From: Actinomycetes bacterium
GTDB lineage: Bacteria > Actinomycetota > Coriobacteriia > Coriobacteriales > JAEZZM01
Reading direction: 5' to 3'
NCBI GenBank assembly: GCA_023418575.1
Contig: JAEZZM010000044.1
Coordinates: forward strand, 41,344-81,343
Length of the DNA stretch: 40,000 nucleotides
The notes below the pieces were generated by a model. It was not told the origin of the DNA. It saw only the letters and a program-made list of their open reading frames with translations, and did not search any database. Both the position numbers and the translations under genes were made by a program. Below are positions 35,775 to 40,000 of the stretch, piece after piece; position 1 is the first letter of the stretch, and the number at the start of each line of letters is the position of its first letter.

Positions 35775-36092
35775 TTAAGCCTTTGAAACCAAGGTCAATT
35801 GCTTATCTACACCCAGCATATTGAGAACACGCACGATGTTTTCATGTGGGCAAACAAGCTTAATGCTGCGATTAAGCTCTTCAGCTCTATGAGCAGCACC
35901 CATCATGACGCCAATTCCCGTTGAGTCTATATAAGGAGCCTCAGTAAGATCAATTACTATATCTTTTTGAGAGTCCTCTAAAAGGCCCATTAAGGCCTCA
36001 CGAAAACTATCTGCATTAGCCACATCAATCTCGCCTCTTACTGCCAAGGTGCAGAGGCTATCCTGACAGGAGCTTGAAATATTTAAATCCAT
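35775..36092 (-). CDS. STAS-domain anti-sigma-factor antagonist (SpoIIAA-like)
   Basis: 105 aa with the pattern LAVRGEIDVANADSFREAL...IDLTEAPYIDSTGIGVMMG (conserved phospho-Ser context DSTGIG). No partner kinase or anti-sigma gene lies in the window. Confidence 0.75.
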   Translation of the reverse strand: MDLNISSSCQDSLCTLAVRGEIDVANADSFREALMGLLEDSQKDIVIDLTEAPYIDSTGIGVMMGAAHRAEELNRSIKLVCPHENIVRVLNMLGVDKQLTLVSKA

Positions 36093-36141
36093 GAGTGCTT
36101 CCTTATCTTATTCTTAAACCACTTAGATAAACCACTTAAGA

Positions 36142-36852
36142 CTATTTAGCGTCTTGCGCCTCTGAGCCTGAATCTGAACTATCTGTATCTGCCGCCTCAA
36201 GAGCTTGCTTGCGTGCGTTTACAAATTCTTTGAGACTCTCATTGCCGTTACCCACCAAGTCAAGGGCTTTATTATAGGTCTCAAGTGCCTTGTTTTTATC
36301 GATCTTCTCATAAAACATAGCAAGATTAGCCCAAGCAGGAGCAAAATTAGCACCCGCATCTGCAGTGAAGTCTTCTAAGGATTTAATAGCGGCCTCTTGC
36401 TCACCTGAATAGTACTCTGCAATAGCTCTATCCACGCTAGCTGAATTTGAGCTTGCCTTTGCTAAAACCTGATCATATACTGTCACAGCCTGAGCAAAAA
36501 CCTCTTTTGTTTTAGCCTTATCCTCATCTGAAACACTTAGATATGAGCGGCTCATAGCCCAATCAAAATACGCATTAGCCTTGTCATTCAAAAGAGCAAC
36601 ATTTTCAGGATCCTGCTCAAGACGCTTTTCAATAGACTCAATGCTGGGCTTGTAATAATCGTCAATCTGAGAAGCAGATTGAGGGATTGCTTGCTCAGTT
36701 GCAACATTTTGCTCTTGTGCCTGCTGAGGAGCTTGGCTTGAGCTGAGTAAGGCCGATAAGGACGGCAACATTAAAGACACTACTAAAACAACTGCAAAAA
36801 TAATGATTACCAACTTCATACCAGTTGAGGTATGGTTTCTATCAAAGGCCAC
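36142..36852 (-). CDS. Membrane-anchored TPR-like repeat protein
   Basis: An N-terminal TM segment (MKLVIIIFAVVLVVSLMLPSL) is followed by helical repeats with a TPR-like A/Y/L pattern (ANAYFDWAM, AVTVYDQVLAK, ANLAMFYEKIDKNKALETYNKALDL). The GTG start follows AAGGAGAA. Confidence 0.55.
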   Translation of the reverse strand: MAFDRNHTSTGMKLVIIIFAVVLVVSLMLPSLSALLSSSQAPQQAQEQNVATEQAIPQSASQIDDYYKPSIESIEKRLEQDPENVALLNDKANAYFDWAMSRSYLSVSDEDKAKTKEVFAQAVTVYDQVLAKASSNSASVDRAIAEYYSGEQEAAIKSLEDFTADAGANFAPAWANLAMFYEKIDKNKALETYNKALDLVGNGNESLKEFVNARKQALEAADTDSSDSGSEAQDAK

Positions 36853-36919
36853 CGTATTCTCCTTGTTAAGTTCTCGTTATATCTGTCTTCCTACACCTAA
36901 GCTCTTATAAAAGCCCAAA

Positions 36920-36963
36920 GCTTGTGCTGTGCCTGCACTATGCTTGCGCTATACCTGTGCTAT
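36920..36963. repeat. Four tandem 11-bp imperfect repeats (plus strand GCTTGTGCTGT / GCCTGCACTAT / GCTTGCGCTAT / ACCTGTGCTAT; consensus GCYTGYRCTAT)
   Basis: Read directly from the sequence. They lie in the 173-nt intergenic gap between the 37026..37433 gene and the TPR gene. Confidence 0.8.
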
Positions 36964-37025
36964 GTCTAAACACCTTTCATGCAAGCAACACAAGAGCCTT
37001 AAGCTTTAAGCTCTAGCTTTAAGAT

Positions 37026-37433
37026 CTATTGTCCCTCTTTACCAAGTTGTTCAGGGCTTGCAATCTCTGGATGTCCCTCAGGAAGCTCAAGAGGTCCGTC
37101 CATAGAGTCTACATCTGGATGACCCTCGGGTAGCTGCATCTGCCAGGACTGTCCTTGGTTAGAGCCTTGATTTAAGCTAGGCCCTTGACCAAGACCCATC
37201 CCTCTAAAGGTATATCCTAAAACAAAGCCCAGGAGTAAAGAAACAATAACTAAGGCCAGTATTAGCATAAAGGATGGCTGTGCGTTCTTATCGCTAAGAT
37301 CTGGCTCTTCAGGATTTTTACGTTTTTTTGTATCATTTGTGGAGCTCTGTTTGGACTGCGGCTTAGTTGAAGCCTTAGCTGCTACATCTGCTTCTAGCTG
37401 CTCGTCCATATCATCAAAGAATTGATCCGCCAT
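37026..37433 (-). CDS. Hypothetical small bitopic membrane protein with a duplicated LPEGHP motif
   Basis: 135 aa. It has an acidic N-terminus and one TM segment (FMLILALVIVSLLLGFVLGYTF). The C-terminal tail is GQG-rich and contains QLPEGHPDVD...ELPEGHPEIA. I recognise no family. Confidence 0.5.
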   Translation of the reverse strand: MADQFFDDMDEQLEADVAAKASTKPQSKQSSTNDTKKRKNPEEPDLSDKNAQPSFMLILALVIVSLLLGFVLGYTFRGMGLGQGPSLNQGSNQGQSWQMQLPEGHPDVDSMDGPLELPEGHPEIASPEQLGKEGQ

Positions 37434-37453
37434 AGTTTTTTCCGTCTTTTCTT

Positions 37454-38206
37454 CTATTTAATTGCACTAAATAGGCAGACTATGCCGCCGCTTAAACTTT
37501 TGCATCGTACATCTCTAAAGCCTATTTGCTTGAGCTCTTCGATAAGAACTTCTCTATTAGGAAAGTTTAAAATAGACTCTTTAAAGTAATCAAAACCCTC
37601 TTGTTTTCCTATCATAAGCCTCCCTAAATTTGGGATAACCAAGCGCAGGTAGCTATGATAGAGCGCACGCCATGGAGGGCACTTGGGGTGCGAAAACTCT
37701 AAAATAAGATACTTTCCCCCTGTTTTAAGCACACGATGAGCTTCTCTCATTGCTTGCATACGGTCTTCAAAGTTTCTAATGCCATAAGCCACCGTAATCA
37801 TATCAAAGCTCTCATCTGGATGGCTAAGCTTATGGGCATCTTGTACTTCAAATTCCATGCTGCATGAAATTTTATCCTCATCTTTAAGCTTCATATAGTG
37901 CATTTGAGCTACATCAAGCATTTCCTTGCAAAAATCCGTAACTTGAATATGATCAAGCTTAAGTCTTTGAGCCAAGAGACAGGAGATTTTACCTGTTCCT
38001 GCTGCAATATCAAGTACCCTACTTACTGGCGCTCCACTAGAGGCCTCTTTTACCAGAGCATGTTCCCAGCTTTTATAAATGCCAAAGCTTGCAATGGTAT
38101 TAAAGCGCTCATATTTTGGAGCAAGCTCAGAGAAGACCTCACAGACCAGCTCTGCTTTTGTACCATGCTCCGAAGAACTGTGCTCTAAATCTTGCAAGCT
38201 GCTCAT
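37454..38206 (-). CDS. menG: Demethylmenaquinone / ubiquinone-type class I SAM methyltransferase (UbiE/MenG family)
   Basis: It has the N-terminal F..LAPKYERFNTIASFGIYKSW pattern of UbiE/MenG and the SAM motif VLDIAAGTGK. The ATG directly abuts the upstream stop. Confidence 0.75.
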   Translation of the reverse strand: MSSLQDLEHSSSEHGTKAELVCEVFSELAPKYERFNTIASFGIYKSWEHALVKEASSGAPVSRVLDIAAGTGKISCLLAQRLKLDHIQVTDFCKEMLDVAQMHYMKLKDEDKISCSMEFEVQDAHKLSHPDESFDMITVAYGIRNFEDRMQAMREAHRVLKTGGKYLILEFSHPKCPPWRALYHSYLRLVIPNLGRLMIGKQEGFDYFKESILNFPNREVLIEELKQIGFRDVRCKSLSGGIVCLFSAIK

Positions 38207-39523
38207 TTAGCCTTCTGCCCTCTCCTCTAAGATTTTTTTAACACTGCTATATTTTACACAATTGCAAAAAACCCTTAAGGCTGACTCAAGTTCTTCTAAA
38301 CTGGGAAATGAGGGAGCTATTCTAAGCTGAGAATCCAAGGGATCAAATCCTCCAGGAAAACATGCCCCAGCTGGAGTAAAACTTACTCCACAGTCCTGAG
38401 CAAGCTGTACACAGTTTTTTGCAGTATGAGGATATAGCTCACATGAAATAAAATAACCGCCCTTTGGCTTAGTCCAAGAAGCAAGCTGTAATTCTCCCAA
38501 TTCTTGGGATAAGATCCTATCAACCAGTTCAAACTTTGGCCTGAGGATTTGTGCCCGCTTCATCATCTTCTCTCTAAGCTGCTCAATCGTCTTGAAATAG
38601 CGAACATGCCTGAGCTGATTTATCTTATCGGGTCCCACCGTTATATAAGAGAGTGTGTTGAGAATTTCATCTAAATTTGCTCTTGAGGCTGCCATGGCCG
38701 CTATGCCAGAACCTGCAAAGCTCATTTTTGAGCTTGAAGTAAACATGAGGATATGATCTTCATTACCTGCAGCCTTCATAAGTTCATACATATTGGGAAG
38801 TCTATCTTGCATATTGGGATCATCATATAAATGATGTTCAATATAGGCATTATCCCAATAAATTCTAAAGTCTGATGCAGCAGGCTTGATTTGGGCCAGG
38901 CGCCGACAGGCCTGATCTGAAAGACTTATTCCTGTTGGATTTGAATATTTTGGAACAAGCCAAAGAGCTTTTACCATTGGGTCTTTAAGCAGCTCTTCTA
39001 CCGCATCAATATCAAGTCCATCTTCAGCTGTAATGGCTACAGGTATAAGTTGAGCGCCCAGACGCTCTGCCAAGGCAAAATGCCTATCATAGCCTGGGAC
39101 AGGACAAATAACTTTAAAGGGACTCATTAAATCTTTAAGGGGGCTCGCCCCGCCAAAACCAAAGAGCAGGGCGTGCATCATAGACAAGCTCATAAGCTCT
39201 AAGGAAGACTGCCCTTGCACAATGCACAAGTCAGGCTCAACCTCAAGCAATTCAGCCATAAAACGACGAGCTGATTCAATGCCCTCTAAACAGCCATAAT
39301 TACTGCAGTCTACACCTGAGTCTGTAAGGTCTGAGGAGCTATTAAGGCTATCAAGCATAGCTTTATCTAGTGCGATAATCTCGGGTCCTGGTTTTCCGCG
39401 CGCCATAGAAAGTGCTAAGTTTTTTGCCTTAAAAGCTGCTATATCTTTTGCAAGCTTGCTTAATTCTGCCTGCAGGTCTTCAGTGGAGTAATCCAAATAT
39501 ACAGGTAAGGGTTTAGAAATCAT
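38207..39523 (-). CDS. PLP-dependent aminotransferase, fold type I (aspartate-aminotransferase-like); substrate unknown
   Basis: 438 aa. It has the SMARGKPGPE motif near the N-terminus, KYSNPTG, and the candidate PLP-lysine context SSSKMSFAGSG. Confidence 0.65.
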   Translation of the reverse strand: MISKPLPVYLDYSTEDLQAELSKLAKDIAAFKAKNLALSMARGKPGPEIIALDKAMLDSLNSSSDLTDSGVDCSNYGCLEGIESARRFMAELLEVEPDLCIVQGQSSLELMSLSMMHALLFGFGGASPLKDLMSPFKVICPVPGYDRHFALAERLGAQLIPVAITAEDGLDIDAVEELLKDPMVKALWLVPKYSNPTGISLSDQACRRLAQIKPAASDFRIYWDNAYIEHHLYDDPNMQDRLPNMYELMKAAGNEDHILMFTSSSKMSFAGSGIAAMAASRANLDEILNTLSYITVGPDKINQLRHVRYFKTIEQLREKMMKRAQILRPKFELVDRILSQELGELQLASWTKPKGGYFISCELYPHTAKNCVQLAQDCGVSFTPAGACFPGGFDPLDSQLRIAPSFPSLEELESALRVFCNCVKYSSVKKILEERAEG

Positions 39524-39548
39524 GACTTAGTCCTAACATGACTTACTC

Positions 39549-40000
39549 CTAGCTAAAGCGACCGGTTACATAATCAGCAGTTCTTTGATCTTTTGGATTA
39601 GTGAAGATGATCTCAGTCTTATCAAATTCGATAAGTGCGGCAGGTCTGTCATTTGATTCACGTAAAAAGAATGCGGTTTTATCGGCAACACGCTTAGCCT
39701 GCTGCATAGAGTGTGTAACTACCACAACAGTTACAAACTGCTTAATTTCAAGCATGGTCTCTTCTACCTGCGCTGTTGATATTGGGTCGAGAGCAGAACA
39801 GGGCTCATCCATCAACAACACCTCTGGGCTTGTTGCAAGGGCTCTAGCAATGCATAAACGCTGTTGCTGACCTCCTGACAGATCAAAGGCATGTTTATGA
39901 AGGCTGTCTTTTACATCATCCCAAAGAGCAGCACGTTTAAGAGAGCTTTCAACTATTTCATCAAGTTCTGACTTTTGGTAGTCATGCTGTATTCTGGGGC
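39549..40000 (-). CDS. pstB: Phosphate ABC transporter ATP-binding protein; the N-terminus lies outside the window
   Basis: The frame is open upstream of the track ORF. Hand translation gives ...[48 protein letters not shown], i.e. the ABC signature plus Walker B, and the PstB-typical C-terminus YVTGRFS. Confidence 0.9.
   Translation of the reverse strand, partial: PRIQHDYQKSELDEIVESSLKRAALWDDVKDSLHKHAFDLSGGQQQRLCIARALATSPEVLLMDEPCSALDPISTAQVEETMLEIKQFVTVVVVTHSMQQAKRVADKTAFFLRESNDRPAALIEFDKTEIIFTNPKDQRTADYVTGRFS

Overview
This looks like an ordinary, densely packed chromosomal window. It holds about 39 protein genes and 2 tRNAs, and all but one gene are on the minus strand. GC looks mid-40s % by eye (not computed).

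The lineage is tentatively a Gram-positive anaerobe of actinobacterial (Coriobacteriia-like) type. The hints are a Rho with a large N-terminal insertion, a lysine-tailed topoisomerase in a topA-tmk-holB arrangement, and the alternative (siroheme-dependent) heme pathway. I cannot confirm this without a database search.

Content from low to high coordinates:
- Tetrapyrrole genes: hemL, a fused ahbA/B siroheme decarboxylase, a NirJ-like radical-SAM/SPASM enzyme and hemB, interrupted by one plus-strand permease.
- tRNA-Ala, followed by a low-complexity surface protein.
- tal/fsa, rho and a glutaredoxin-like gene.
- tRNA-Thr.
- A 15-kb formate hydrogenlyase module that is collinear with the E. coli hyf (Hyd-4 / FHL-2) operon. 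It additionally carries a HydN-like ferredoxin, a selenocysteine-containing fdhF, hycH and hycI, and ends with a FocA/B-type channel.
- A long co-directional housekeeping array: pstB, an aminotransferase, menG/ubiE, a small membrane protein, a TPR protein, a STAS protein, tatA, tatC, hypA, hypB, topA, tmk, holB and ricT/yaaT.

I see no transposase, integrase, CRISPR array, restriction-modification, toxin-antitoxin or recognisable defence genes. I do not find convincing evidence for an undescribed multi-gene system.

The items most worth a second look are:
- the self-contained Hyf-type FHL module, which lacks a regulator;
- the in-frame UGA (Sec) in fdhF, which the ORF track splits into two ORFs;
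- a histidine-rich (HPGGHPxG)n extension on the radical-SAM heme enzyme;
- a small LPEGHP-motif protein paired with a TPR protein;
- several short intergenic tandem repeats and palindromes (13-bp x5, 11-bp x4, a 34-bp-period pair and a CCCCTAAG triple element).

All functional calls rest on motif and family recognition from the translated ORFs and on gene order. No searches were run.
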